A DNA stretch of 64,000 nt from Candidatus Parcubacteria bacterium (GTDB lineage: Bacteria; Patescibacteriota; Minisyncoccia; UBA6257; 2-01-FULL-56-20): positions 4,449 through 68,448 of the forward strand of contig DAIEHA010000004.1 of the NCBI GenBank assembly GCA_027355945.1, in the 5' to 3' direction. Shown piece after piece: positions 8,041 through 17,681 of this stretch. The notes below the pieces were generated by a model that ran no database searches, was not told where the DNA came from, and was given only the letters and a program-made list of their open reading frames with translations. The translations under genes were made by a program, and so were the position numbers. The number at the start of each line of letters is the position of its first letter. Position 1 is the stretch's first letter.

Positions 8041-9252
8041 CTAACGGCAGTAAGGGAAGAAACTGTTCGCGGTGGTGAGCGACTGGGGTGACTGACTCCC
8101 CACGTTCACAAGATAGAGATGGTAATCCGTTGAGTTCTCGAATACGATGGATGTCCCGTTCCCGCCATCGCACCATGCAGGATATGTTCCCGGAACGAGT
8201 GGCTGCGGATTGGTGCCATCGATGTTCTGCACGGTGAGCTGTCCCGAGTAATCAGCGACAACCTTCGTGCCATCAGGCGACGGAGAGAGATCCCAGCCGT
8301 TTCCGATGGATGTTTCCGTCTGACCGTCCGCGCTCAGGACCCATATCTTCTGCCCTTCGGCGTACACGATCCGTCCGTCGCTCAGCACGCGGGGATTCGT
8401 CGGTGGAAAGCTGATGCTGCTGTTCGCGGGACACGGGATCTCCGTGGCCGCGATCGGCGTGAAGGAGCTTCCATCGAGGGGTATGGTTGCGAGTCCGCAG
8501 ATACCTGCGGTCGTGTCCGAGTATGCGATGACAAACCCCGTGCCCGCAGGGTTCCAATCGAGACCGTTGGGCATGAAGTGGGGATCCGTCCAGTTCTTGA
8601 CGAGCGTGGGCGAACCGCCTTCGGTGGGCACGGTCATGAGCGATTCCGCCGTTCCCTGTTTGATGTATGCGACCGTCCGTTTGTCGGGCGAGATTGTCGC
8701 ATACAGATCCTCAGAGGGCGTGTCGTTCGGGCTCAGCTGGTATTGCACGTCCGGCTGCGCCAGGTTGAAGACGAAGATCCGTTCGATATACGTCGTACAT
8801 GCCGAGCAGCCGTCGTTCGTGAATGCCACGAGCGTCGGTGCCGGGCCCTGGGTCACCGTAAGGGTGATCGATCCCGACGTGGTTCCGTCGGAGCCGACCG
8901 CTTTCACGGTCACGCTCCCGCCCGTGGGCAAGAAGAACGGTGCGGCGTAGAGACCGGATGCGCCGATCGTCCCGTCCGTACCATCGCCTCCCTGGGTGCC
9001 GTTCACATACCACGTGAACGCGGTACCGAGATTTCCCGTTGCTGCGGCGCTCAGTTGGAGGGTGGCTCCGGTTTGCACGGAGCACCCTGCCGCCGGACAC
9101 GTGACGGTGACCGTCGGTGTTGCGGGTGGAGGAGCAGAGCCCGAGGTGGTCCCGGACGCACCGCAGCCGGCAAGGAACTGGATCGTTACCATGAGCGCTG
9201 CCGCACTCATGAAAGAAGCAAGAAATCTGACGCCGCCTGCTGATCGGCTCAT
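8041..9252 (-). CDS. Lipoprotein with an Ig-like domain and a TolB-like (PD40) beta-propeller
   Basis: Lipobox FLAGC; TVTVTCPAAGCSV Ig-like segment; repeated PD40-like blades (LSPSPDGTKVVADYSG, YATISPDKRTVAYIK, LSDGRIVYAEGQKIWVLSADG). Confidence 0.75.
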   Translation of the reverse strand: MSRSAGGVRFLASFMSAAALMVTIQFLAGCGASGTTSGSAPPPATPTVTVTCPAAGCSVQTGATLQLSAAATGNLGTAFTWYVNGTQGGDGTDGTIGASGLYAAPFFLPTGGSVTVKAVGSDGTTSGSITLTVTQGPAPTLVAFTNDGCSACTTYIERIFVFNLAQPDVQYQLSPNDTPSEDLYATISPDKRTVAYIKQGTAESLMTVPTEGGSPTLVKNWTDPHFMPNGLDWNPAGTGFVIAYSDTTAGICGLATIPLDGSSFTPIAATEIPCPANSSISFPPTNPRVLSDGRIVYAEGQKIWVLSADGQTETSIGNGWDLSPSPDGTKVVADYSGQLTVQNIDGTNPQPLVPGTYPAWCDGGNGTSIVFENSTDYHLYLVNVGSQSPQSLTTANSFFPYCR

Positions 9253-9356
9253 TGTATTCTCCTGGGCCCAGTTGGGCGCATTGAACCCTATCGTACCAAG
9301 GTTCTTCCTATTTTATAAAACAAAAATATTATTTTGGCAACATTCCGTCCGATCGA

Positions 9357-11588
9357 TCACTCCCTGTGGAGCATCGCACGGAATTCCGCCACTTTCTTCT
9401 TGAGCGCAGCATCTTTTTTGAACATGGGGTCGCTACGGAGCACGTTCGCCGCCGCGTCCCGCGAGCGTTTGACGAGATCGGGGTCGCGAAGCGCCTCCAT
9501 GGCCACATCGGGGAGGCCGGTCTGCACCTGTCCGAAGAACTGTCCGGGGCCGCGCAGCTGCAGGTCCTTCTCCGCAAGCTCGAACCCGTTCTTCGCCTCA
9601 AGGATCGCTTTGAGGCGCGCGTTTGCGGCCTGCGCCGCAGTCGTCGTCATGAGGAAGCAGTGGGATGCGTGTTCGCCGCGGCCGACGCGGCCACGGAATT
9701 GATAGAGCTGGGCGAGGCCGAACCGCTCCGCGCCCTCGATCATCATGGTCGTCGCATTCGGTACGTCCACGCCCACCTCGACGACCGACGTCGAGACGAG
9801 GATATCGGAATCCCTGTCCTTGAAGCGTTTCATGATCTCCTCTTTCTCCTTTGCCTTCATCTGACCATGGAGCATCGCGATGCGAAGGTCGGGGAACACC
9901 TCCTTTGAGAGTTTTTCATATTCTTCTTTCACCGACTTCAGTTCGAGCGCCGTCTTGAGGGCCCGCAGGCGGGCAGGGGATGCCGGCTCCGCCGGCGGAT
10001 GTCCCGCACCCTCCTTCTCTCCCTCGTCCTCCGCGGGATCGATGCGGGGACAGATGACGAACACCTGTCTCCCTTCCTTCACCTCTTTGCGTATGAAGGA
10101 ATATGCCGATGCGCGTTCCGGGGGAGGCACGATGCTTGTTGCGATCGGCTTGCGTCCCGAGGGAAGCTCCGTGATGAGAGAGAGATCGAGATCCCCGAAT
10201 ATCGAGAGCATGAGCGTGCGGGGGATGGGAGTGGCGGACATGCTCAGGAAATGGGGCACGATATCGCCCTCGCCCGCTTTTGCCGCAAGCTCTGCCCGCT
10301 GGCTCACGCCGAAACGGTGCTGCTCATCGATGATGACGAGCCCAAGCGCTTTGAAGTTCACCGTGCGCTGAATGAGGGCGTGGGTGCCGAACACGATCGG
10401 CACTTCGCCGCGCGCCGCCCTTCCTCCGAGATCCTGTTTCGATATGCGCGATTCAAGCCCCTCGTTCCCGTAATGGATGATCGCCGCCGAGGAGGTAAGG
10501 AGCCCGAGCGAAGGGAGCGTATCCGCGTCCGCACCCTCCTTCCCTGCGATGTGTGTGAAGAGCTTTTTCATCGTCTCAAAATGCTGCCGCGCGAGGATCT
10601 CCGTGGGTGCCATGAATGCCGCCTGATGTCCGTTGCGCGCCGCAATGAGTGCCGCGAGCGCCGCGACGATCGTCTTCCCGGACCCCACGTCCCCCTGCAG
10701 GAGGCGGTTCATGGGATGGGACCGTTCCATGTCCTGGACGATCTCCCAGAGCGATTTCTTCTGCGAAGGCGTGAGCTCGAAGGGAAGCCGTCCAAGAAGT
10801 CCCTTCATCCATTCGATGTCCGTGCTGAGGACGGGCGCGCGCCGTACCGCAAGTTTCATTTTCTCCTGGAGCGTGATGAGCTGGAGAAGGAAGAGGTCTT
10901 CGAAGGAGAAGCGGGCGCGCGCGGCATGGGCCTCCTCCACCGTCCTCGGAAAATGGATGGCATGAAGCGCCTCATCGAGCGGCGGGAGCCCGAACTCCGC
11001 GCGCACGCTTTCGGGGATCCATTCCTTGAGTGCGGGGCGGCGGCGGAACACCTGCTGGACGGCGAACCGTATGCCGCGCGAGGTGAGGCCCTGCGTTTCC
11101 GGATAGACCGGCACGAGGCGTCCCGTATGGCTGAACTCCTGCCCCTCATCATCGCTCATCCCCGGACGGAGCCGGATGAGCTCATAGGTGGGATTGTTGA
11201 GGTAGAGATCTCCCTCCTCCGACACGGAGGCTTTGCCGGAGAAGTTCGCCTCGCGTCCCGGGCGAAGGGTGTTCGCAAGATAAGGCTGGTTGAACCATAC
11301 CGCCCGGATGGAACCGGAAACGTCGGCGAGCGTGGCCTCCACGATGCTCATGTGTCGCCGGAAGCTGTGCCGTACTTTGATGTCCTCCACGGTGGCGCGG
11401 AGGGTCGCCTGCTGTCCCGGTTCGAGTTCCGTGATGGTGTAGGTCTTCGTGAAATCCTCGTAGCGTGCGGGAAAATGCCAGAGAAGGTCTCCCACCGTGC
11501 CGATGCCCATTTTTTCGAGCCGTCTCAAGGAAGGGGAGCGGGCTCCGACGACTTCGAAGAGAGGGGTATCGAGCGCGATCTGCGGCAT
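9357..11588 (-). CDS. recG: ATP-dependent DNA helicase RecG
   Basis: N-terminal wedge/OB region, Walker A GDVGSGKT, DEQHRFGV, helicase C motifs QFRGRVGRG; 743 aa. Confidence 0.9.
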   Translation of the reverse strand: MPQIALDTPLFEVVGARSPSLRRLEKMGIGTVGDLLWHFPARYEDFTKTYTITELEPGQQATLRATVEDIKVRHSFRRHMSIVEATLADVSGSIRAVWFNQPYLANTLRPGREANFSGKASVSEEGDLYLNNPTYELIRLRPGMSDDEGQEFSHTGRLVPVYPETQGLTSRGIRFAVQQVFRRRPALKEWIPESVRAEFGLPPLDEALHAIHFPRTVEEAHAARARFSFEDLFLLQLITLQEKMKLAVRRAPVLSTDIEWMKGLLGRLPFELTPSQKKSLWEIVQDMERSHPMNRLLQGDVGSGKTIVAALAALIAARNGHQAAFMAPTEILARQHFETMKKLFTHIAGKEGADADTLPSLGLLTSSAAIIHYGNEGLESRISKQDLGGRAARGEVPIVFGTHALIQRTVNFKALGLVIIDEQHRFGVSQRAELAAKAGEGDIVPHFLSMSATPIPRTLMLSIFGDLDLSLITELPSGRKPIATSIVPPPERASAYSFIRKEVKEGRQVFVICPRIDPAEDEGEKEGAGHPPAEPASPARLRALKTALELKSVKEEYEKLSKEVFPDLRIAMLHGQMKAKEKEEIMKRFKDRDSDILVSTSVVEVGVDVPNATTMMIEGAERFGLAQLYQFRGRVGRGEHASHCFLMTTTAAQAANARLKAILEAKNGFELAEKDLQLRGPGQFFGQVQTGLPDVAMEALRDPDLVKRSRDAAANVLRSDPMFKKDAALKKKVAEFRAMLHRE

Positions 11589-11728
11589 TGCGATTTGCCG
11601 TAATTATACCACAGGTACCGTTTCGGTTCCCGGCGCATCCCCTTGGGGATACGCCCCTCTTCCTTATGGGGTATAATTGATGCATACGTGCGAAAAGGTC
11701 GAGCAATCAAAAATATAACGATACGGAT

Positions 11729-12442
11729 ATGAAAATGAAAAAATCAGTTGCGTGGATGACGGGTGGCGTAATGGCGCTTGCGATCGTCGCCGCATCGGGC
11801 GCGCTCATGAGCGTGCATGCCGACAATGGCAGCGAAGGAGGCGATAACGGCAACGGTCTCGGGAATCTCAATCTCCCTGTACTCGCGAATGTGAACGCTT
11901 CGTCCGTGCTTTCCACCGCATCGGGGACCCTTCCTACGTTCTCGGTCCAGAATCCTGGAGGCGAGGGCGCACAGTCCGAGGGCCAGAGCCAGGCGCAGAA
12001 CCAGAACCAGGGCGAGGGCCAAGGCCAGAACCAGAACCAGGGCGAGGGCCAGGGCTCGCAGGGAATGAATGACGTCCAGGAATCCATATCGCTCAATGCG
12101 AACGGTAACTTCAAGATCACCGGTGCGAAGGTCGTTTCCGTCGATACGGCCGCCGGCACGATCACCGCGACCCTTTACGGGTTCACGAAGACCGTGAATG
12201 TGAGCGGCGCTGCGATCACCGGTGGGAATGCAACCATGACCCTTGGTACGATCCAGGCGGGCGATGTGCTTTCGGCGACGGGAAATTTCAACGAGGCGAC
12301 CCATGCCGTTACGGTGAATACCGTGAACGACGTCTCCTCCGTGCCGAACGGCACGTCTGCCATCCAGTCGCGTCTCTCCATGCTCATGCAGCTCGTGGCC
12401 CAGCTTCAGGCACAGCTTCAGGCGGTTTCCGGAGGAAACTAG
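11729..12442 (+). CDS. Secreted hypothetical protein with a QNQNQGEGQG low-complexity repeat and a C-terminal coiled coil
   Basis: Signal peptide …MSVHA|DNG; tandem QNQNQGEGQG; C-terminus QLVAQLQAQLQA. Confidence 0.65.
   Translation: MKMKKSVAWMTGGVMALAIVAASGALMSVHADNGSEGGDNGNGLGNLNLPVLANVNASSVLSTASGTLPTFSVQNPGGEGAQSEGQSQAQNQNQGEGQGQNQNQGEGQGSQGMNDVQESISLNANGNFKITGAKVVSVDTAAGTITATLYGFTKTVNVSGAAITGGNATMTLGTIQAGDVLSATGNFNEATHAVTVNTVNDVSSVPNGTSAIQSRLSMLMQLVAQLQAQLQAVSGGN
11996..12055 (+). repeat. 30-bp x2 tandem repeat inside the CDS (encodes QNQNQGEGQG x2)
   Basis: cagaaccagaaccagggcgagggccaaggc repeated with 1 mismatch. Confidence 0.5.
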
Positions 12443-12465
12443 ACAGGAGCGGAACGCAATAAAAA

Positions 12466-12493
12466 ACACGGCGATGCGTCGCCGTGTTTTTTA
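12466..12493. terminator. Bidirectional rho-independent terminator (plus-strand gene and minus-strand tRNA-Lys)
   Basis: 9-bp stem acacggcga/tcgccgtgt, 4-nt loop, A6 upstream and T6 downstream. Confidence 0.6.
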
Positions 12494-12561
12494 TTTCCCC
12501 GCTGCCGGGAGGACCTTCCCGTCCGCGCCTCTGCTCCATGAACGGAGCATTGCGGCCAGTG

Positions 12562-12634
12562 TGCCCCCACCAGGATTCGAACCTGGGACCTTCTCCTTAA
12601 GAGGGAGCAGCTCTACCAACTGAGCTATAGGGGC
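12562..12634 (-). tRNA. tRNA-Lys (anticodon CTT)
   Basis: Reverse complement folds as a cloverleaf: acceptor GCCCCTA/TGGGGGC, D-stem GCTC/GAGC with AGTTGGTA loop, anticodon loop CT-CTT-AA, T-arm CCAGG-TTCGAAT-CCTGG, discriminator A; CCA not encoded. Confidence 0.85.
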
Positions 12635-12793
12635 ACACTATCCACGCGCGTGCATCGTTCTGTATCCCGTTCGCGCCGCCGCGTCGAATTCCACCAACTA
12701 TTCTAATAAGGAAGCGTGTAAAATGCAACGCCCTCGCATCCTTCCCTGCCGCATGATCCGAACAAGTGGCGTTCCCGGACCGCACGACCTATA

Positions 12794-13981
12794 ATGCATG
12801 ATATGGAACGATCGGACAGCGAACGGATCGAGGAGCTTCTCGCACGCGGCGTGGAGGAGATCATCGATCGCGCGAGCCTCGAAAGGAAATTGAGGGCCGG
12901 CGCGCCCTTGAGGGTCAAGCTCGGCATCGATCCGACGAGCCCCCACTTGCACCTCGGGCGTTCCGTGCCGCTCCTCAAGCTGCGTGATTTCCAGGAACTC
13001 GGACATACCGCGGTCCTCATCATAGGCGATTTCACCGGCACGATCGGCGATACGTCCGACAAGGATAGCGAGCGTCCGATGCTCTCCGAGGAGGCGGTTG
13101 CGGAGAATATGAAAACGTATATCGCGCAGGCGGGAAAGATCATCGATATCGGGAAGGCGGAAGTGGTGCGCAACAGCGCCTGGCTCGGGAAGCTCGGCTA
13201 TAGCGAGATCGGGCGCCATGCGGATGCGTTCGCGCTCTCGGATTTCGTGGCGCGTGAGAACATCAGGAAGCGTCTTGATGCGGGGAAGCGCGTATCGCTT
13301 CGGGAGCTTCTGTATCCGCTCATGCAGGGATACGATTCCGTGGAGGTGAGGGCGGACGTGGAGCTCGGCGGCACCGACCAGCGCTTCAATCTCCTTGCGG
13401 GACGCGACCTTCAGCGTGCGTATGGCGCGGAGCCCCAGGACATCCTGATGGGCCCCATCATCGAGGGACTCGACGGCCGCAAGATGAGCTCGAGCTATGG
13501 CAACACGGTGAACCTCCTCGATGCGCCGAACGACATGTTCGGGAAGATCATGTCGCTTCGCGACGAATCCATCATCCGCTACTTCATCATCCTCACGCGT
13601 ACGCCAATGGAGGTCGTGCGCACGTATGAGATGGACCTCGCGCGCGGCGAGAATCCCCGCGATATCAAAGTGCGCCTCGCGCACGAGATCGTGCGCATGT
13701 ACCACGGGGAGAAGGAGGCGGATGCAGCCGAGGGATATTTCAAACATACATTCACCGAGAAGGAGATCCCCGAGGATATGCCGGAATTCGCGCCGAACGC
13801 ATATGATATCGTATCGGTGCTCGTGGAATCGGGGCTCGTCGCATCGAAATCGGAAGCGCGCCGCGCGATCGAGCAAAAAGGGGTGAGGATCGACGGTGCG
13901 ATCGTCGAGGATATGCATAAAGAGGTGGCGAAAGGATCCGTACTCCAGAAGGGGAAGATAAAGTTCGTGAAAATAACGTGA
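12794..13981 (+). CDS. tyrS: Tyrosyl-tRNA synthetase
   Basis: HIGH-region PTSPHLHLGR, KMSKS as KMSSSYGN, C-terminal S4-like domain. A TATAAT box overlaps ATG 12794, so the real start may be ATG 12803. Confidence 0.9.
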   Translation: MHDMERSDSERIEELLARGVEEIIDRASLERKLRAGAPLRVKLGIDPTSPHLHLGRSVPLLKLRDFQELGHTAVLIIGDFTGTIGDTSDKDSERPMLSEEAVAENMKTYIAQAGKIIDIGKAEVVRNSAWLGKLGYSEIGRHADAFALSDFVARENIRKRLDAGKRVSLRELLYPLMQGYDSVEVRADVELGGTDQRFNLLAGRDLQRAYGAEPQDILMGPIIEGLDGRKMSSSYGNTVNLLDAPNDMFGKIMSLRDESIIRYFIILTRTPMEVVRTYEMDLARGENPRDIKVRLAHEIVRMYHGEKEADAAEGYFKHTFTEKEIPEDMPEFAPNAYDIVSVLVESGLVASKSEARRAIEQKGVRIDGAIVEDMHKEVAKGSVLQKGKIKFVKIT

Positions 13982-15045
13982 AGACCGCGGACGACCGTAT
14001 TGCAGAGGTCATCGCGCGAAGTATCGATGCAAGGGTGTTTCCCGGTTGCGTAGTGGGCTATTTGAAGGATGGTGCGCGGAAGGAGCGCGCGTTCGGCGCG
14101 CTTACCTACGATGCCGATGCGCCGCGGACGGACACCGATACGATCTATGACGTCGCTTCGCTCACGAAGGCGATCCCCACGGCATCCCTGCTCCTCGCAT
14201 ATATCGATGAGGGAAGGGCATCCCCGGATGATCGCGTGGCGGATCATCTCCCGGAATTCGATAACGGTCCCGGCAAACGCGAAGTGCGCCTGAGGCATCT
14301 TTTGACCTATACGCTCGACCTTGCGGGCATTGCCCGGGCAAGCGCCCTGAAGGACCTTCCGCCCGAGGCGATATTCGCCGCAATCCTCCATGCGCCGCTC
14401 GGTGCGCCCCCGGGAACCAGGTTCGCGTATGCGAATGCGCCGGCAGTGATCATGGGACTCGTGGCGGAACGCATCGGAGGAGGATCCCTGCCGGAACTCG
14501 CACAGGAGCGATTCTTCGTTCCGCTCGCCATGGAATGCACGGGGTTCTCGCCGAAGGCATGCGGGATCGAAAGGATCGCACCCACCGAGACGGACCCATG
14601 GCGGGGAGGGGAGGTACGCGGCGTGGTCCATGACGAGAGCGCATACGTGATGAGCCGCATCCGCGCCGTAGGGTCGGCAGGGCTGTTCTCAACGGTTCCC
14701 GACATCCTGCACTTCATGGAGATGCTCCTTGCGCGCGGCGTCCATGGCGGACGGCGCTATTTCTCGGAAGCGATCGTGAAGGAGATGCATACGGACCAGA
14801 TCGCATCGACGGGGAGGCGTACGGGGCTCGGATGGGAATTGGATCAGCCGTGGTTCATGGGAGATGCCGATCCCGCACGCACATTCGGCAAGACGGGATT
14901 CACCGGATGCTCGCTCGTCATGAACCCCTCCCGGAATGCCGGTCTCGTGCTTCTTTCGAACTGCGACTGGCCGCATCGCCCGAAGGGGCGCGAGGCGATC
15001 AATGCGGTGCGTGCCGCGCTTGCGGACATCGTGCTCGGAGGATGA
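13978..15045 (+). CDS. Serine hydrolase of the beta-lactamase/PBP (class C-like) family
   Basis: S-x-x-K motif ASLTKA near the N-terminus; ~355 aa; start GTG overlaps the tyrS stop (GTGA). Confidence 0.8.
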   Translation: MKTADDRIAEVIARSIDARVFPGCVVGYLKDGARKERAFGALTYDADAPRTDTDTIYDVASLTKAIPTASLLLAYIDEGRASPDDRVADHLPEFDNGPGKREVRLRHLLTYTLDLAGIARASALKDLPPEAIFAAILHAPLGAPPGTRFAYANAPAVIMGLVAERIGGGSLPELAQERFFVPLAMECTGFSPKACGIERIAPTETDPWRGGEVRGVVHDESAYVMSRIRAVGSAGLFSTVPDILHFMEMLLARGVHGGRRYFSEAIVKEMHTDQIASTGRRTGLGWELDQPWFMGDADPARTFGKTGFTGCSLVMNPSRNAGLVLLSNCDWPHRPKGREAINAVRAALADIVLGG

Positions 15046-15049
15046 CCGC

Positions 15050-16882
15050 TCAGATGCGGGGAACGCCCGCCGCGCGTGCGGAGCGCAGCGCATTCAGGAT
15101 GACGGAGACATCGATCCCTTCCTGAAGGATGGCGCCCGTCACGGGCGGGATATAGCCGAGCATGGCGAAGATCATGCCGAGCACGGAAAGGCCGATGCCC
15201 CATAGCATGCTTTCCTCGGCGATATGCGTGGAACGCTTGGCGAGCGCGATCGCCTCTTCCACGAGCCCCACGTCCCTTCCGAGGATCGCGACCGCCGCCG
15301 CGTCGATCGAGGCGCTGTTCTCCGTGCCGCTGAAGACGACGCCGACATCGGCGAGCGCGAGCGCGGGTGCGTCATTCAGGCCATCGCCGACCATCATCAC
15401 CGTTTCGCCACGGGCCCGGGCCTCTTTGATCGCCGCAAACTTGTCTTCCGGGGTGCAGCGTGCACGGATCTCGATGCCGTCATGCCCCCCTGTCTCGTTC
15501 TTGAACATGCGTTCCGCATTCTCTCGGGTATCGCCGGTGAGGATCGCGACGCGATAGTTCTCCCGGAGCTTCTCAAGGAGGTCCATCGTGCCGGGTTTCA
15601 TCACGTCGTCAAACACGAAACGCGCCGCAGGCGCCGCGCCTTTCGTCATCTCGATCACGATCCCGCCCTCGCCGTCCGCCTCTGCACCGCCGTTCCTCGC
15701 ATCGGCGGCCTTTTTCAAATGCCATACGGACCCGTTCACCGAACCTGCGATGCCGTCGCCCACGGTCTCCACGATATGGGATGCTTCCGCGATAGGGGAC
15801 CCGTCCCGGGAGGTCTTTGCGCGCACGATCGCTTTCGCAAGGGGGTGGAGCGAGTGGAACTCGATCGCGGCCGCCACCGAGAGTGCCTCGTCCTCTGAGA
15901 ATGCGGGATCGAGCACGCGGACCGCGCGAAGCACGGGTTCGCCGAGCGTGAGGGTCCCGGTCTTATCGAAAAAGATCGCAGTGACCCGCGCAAGCGTCTC
16001 GAGCGCCGCAGGCCGCTTCACGATGATCGTGCGCTTCGAAGCGAGGTTCAGTCCGCCAAGGAAGCTGATCGGCGCGGCAATGAGGAGCGGGCAGGGGGTT
16101 GCGATCACGAGCACTGCGAGGAAGCGCGAAGGGTCCCCGTGGGAGATGAACCATGCCGCGGCGGCGAGTACGAGCGTCACCGCGGTGAACCCGTAATTGT
16201 ACTTTTCCGCGAGCCGTACGATGCGCGCGGGATGCCGTTTCGCCTCCCGGACGAGATCCACGATCTTCTGATATGCGGACGTGGAGAACGTTCCGGATAC
16301 CCTGAGCTCGAACGCGGAGCCCGCATTCACGAGGCCGCTTTTCATGAACCTTCCTTTGCGGTACGGCTGCGGCTCGAATTCGCCCGTGAGATTCGCTTCG
16401 TTCATGAGCGCATCGTCGGAGAGGAGGTACCCATCGAGCGGTACGATCTCCCCCTCGCGGACGAGGATCGTCTCCCCCTCGCGGATCTCCTGGATGGGCG
16501 CAGTGGACCATCCATTCCCTTCGCGCCTCACCTCGCACGTCTTCGGGATCCGTTCGACGAGATGCTTGAGCGCCGCTTCCGCTTCGCGCGAACCGTATGA
16601 TTCGAGCGATTCCGAAACGAGGATCATGAGCGAGATGACGGCACCCGCGAGAAGTTCGTTCGTGGCGAGCGCGACGATCATAGCGAGGATCGCGATATAA
16701 TCAAGCGAGAATCTTTTGGCGAACAGCTTGCGGATGGAATCGACGAGCAGCGTGACGAGTCCCAGCGCGATCGCGGCAAGATAGAGGATGTGGGATGCGG
16801 CTCCCGCACCGGGTGCGACGTTCGCCGCGAGGCCGGCGGCGGCGAGGATGAAGGTGATCGCGGGAAGGGTGAATTCGGTCAT
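15050..16882 (-). CDS. Heavy-metal-translocating P-type ATPase (P1B family), no N-terminal HMA domain
   Basis: TGE, CPx-type membrane motif (ATPCPLL), DKTGTLT, GDGLNDAPAL; 610 aa. Confidence 0.85.
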   Translation of the reverse strand: MTEFTLPAITFILAAAGLAANVAPGAGAASHILYLAAIALGLVTLLVDSIRKLFAKRFSLDYIAILAMIVALATNELLAGAVISLMILVSESLESYGSREAEAALKHLVERIPKTCEVRREGNGWSTAPIQEIREGETILVREGEIVPLDGYLLSDDALMNEANLTGEFEPQPYRKGRFMKSGLVNAGSAFELRVSGTFSTSAYQKIVDLVREAKRHPARIVRLAEKYNYGFTAVTLVLAAAAWFISHGDPSRFLAVLVIATPCPLLIAAPISFLGGLNLASKRTIIVKRPAALETLARVTAIFFDKTGTLTLGEPVLRAVRVLDPAFSEDEALSVAAAIEFHSLHPLAKAIVRAKTSRDGSPIAEASHIVETVGDGIAGSVNGSVWHLKKAADARNGGAEADGEGGIVIEMTKGAAPAARFVFDDVMKPGTMDLLEKLRENYRVAILTGDTRENAERMFKNETGGHDGIEIRARCTPEDKFAAIKEARARGETVMMVGDGLNDAPALALADVGVVFSGTENSASIDAAAVAILGRDVGLVEEAIALAKRSTHIAEESMLWGIGLSVLGMIFAMLGYIPPVTGAILQEGIDVSVILNALRSARAAGVPRI

Positions 16883-16892
16883 GGTGTGCGGA

Positions 16893-17639
16893 TCACTGGG
16901 TTATCCTTGCAAGGAGATCCTCGTATTCCTTCATCGTGATATGCCAATCCCCGGGTTCGAGGGGCCGATTCAGGTCGTACAGCACGAGGAACACGGAATA
17001 GACAAGGCAGGCGATGCTGATCGTGAAGAGATAGGCGAGCCACTCGATGCGCACGCCGACGAACATGGCGAGACCGATCAGGAGGAATGCCGCAAAGCGG
17101 AGCGTGTGGTTCAGGAGATCGGGGACATGTTCGGCGCTGTACACGAGGCGCTTCGAGCGCGCATCCATGATCCTCGAGAAGAGCGCGAATGTGGCGGTGG
17201 CGAACTGCGGCGCGGTGGCCGCCACGTGATAGATGGTATCGGAAAGTTCGTCGAAGATCCGTTCGACCTCAGGGCTCCGTTCCCCGCGCTCGCTGAGCCC
17301 CCAGCCTTCTTTGATGACGAGGCGGAGGTAATCGCCGATATTCCCGTGTACTTTCTCTTTGACATCAGTGGGGAAGTTGTTCGACCAGAGGTAGAGCTTC
17401 TCAAGGCCGTCCACCTCGCTTTTTACGGCATCGACGAGGGAACTCCACCGGTCCCATTCTTTCTGGATGACGAATGCCGCGATGATGCTGAAAATGATGC
17501 CGATCGCACCGAAGAGCGTTTGAACCCCGGTGAGGCTTTCCACAAGGACGCGTGTATCATAGAACGTGCTGTGCCGGATGAAGACGAAGATGACCGAAAA
17601 GACGGCGACGAAGGGGATGAGTCTTTTGATAAGTTTCAT
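16893..17639 (-). CDS. Integral membrane hypothetical protein, immediately upstream of the P-type ATPase
   Basis: ORF track 16893..18071 trimmed to ATG 17639 (MKLIKRLIPFVAVFSVIFVF…); several TM helices; 11 nt from the ATPase start. Confidence 0.55.
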   Translation of the reverse strand: MKLIKRLIPFVAVFSVIFVFIRHSTFYDTRVLVESLTGVQTLFGAIGIIFSIIAAFVIQKEWDRWSSLVDAVKSEVDGLEKLYLWSNNFPTDVKEKVHGNIGDYLRLVIKEGWGLSERGERSPEVERIFDELSDTIYHVAATAPQFATATFALFSRIMDARSKRLVYSAEHVPDLLNHTLRFAAFLLIGLAMFVGVRIEWLAYLFTISIACLVYSVFLVLYDLNRPLEPGDWHITMKEYEDLLARITQ

Positions 17640-17681
17640 AGGTACCATTATACTACAGGGACGCGAATCATCGCATAGAAT

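Noticed and set aside
9999-11603. 534-aa plus-strand ORF antisense to recG
   Set aside because: Lies entirely within the well-supported recG gene on the opposite strand; R/H/E-rich composition typical of antisense frames in high-GC DNA; no motifs
12636-12793. Possible T-box leader upstream of tyrS
   Set aside because: No AGGGUGGNACCGCG T-box core or specifier/antiterminator arrangement; the region instead holds the tRNA-Lys promoter and a TATAAT box at the tyrS start
12698-13918. 406-aa minus-strand ORF antisense to tyrS
   Set aside because: Overlaps tyrS completely; arginine/histidine-rich junk translation
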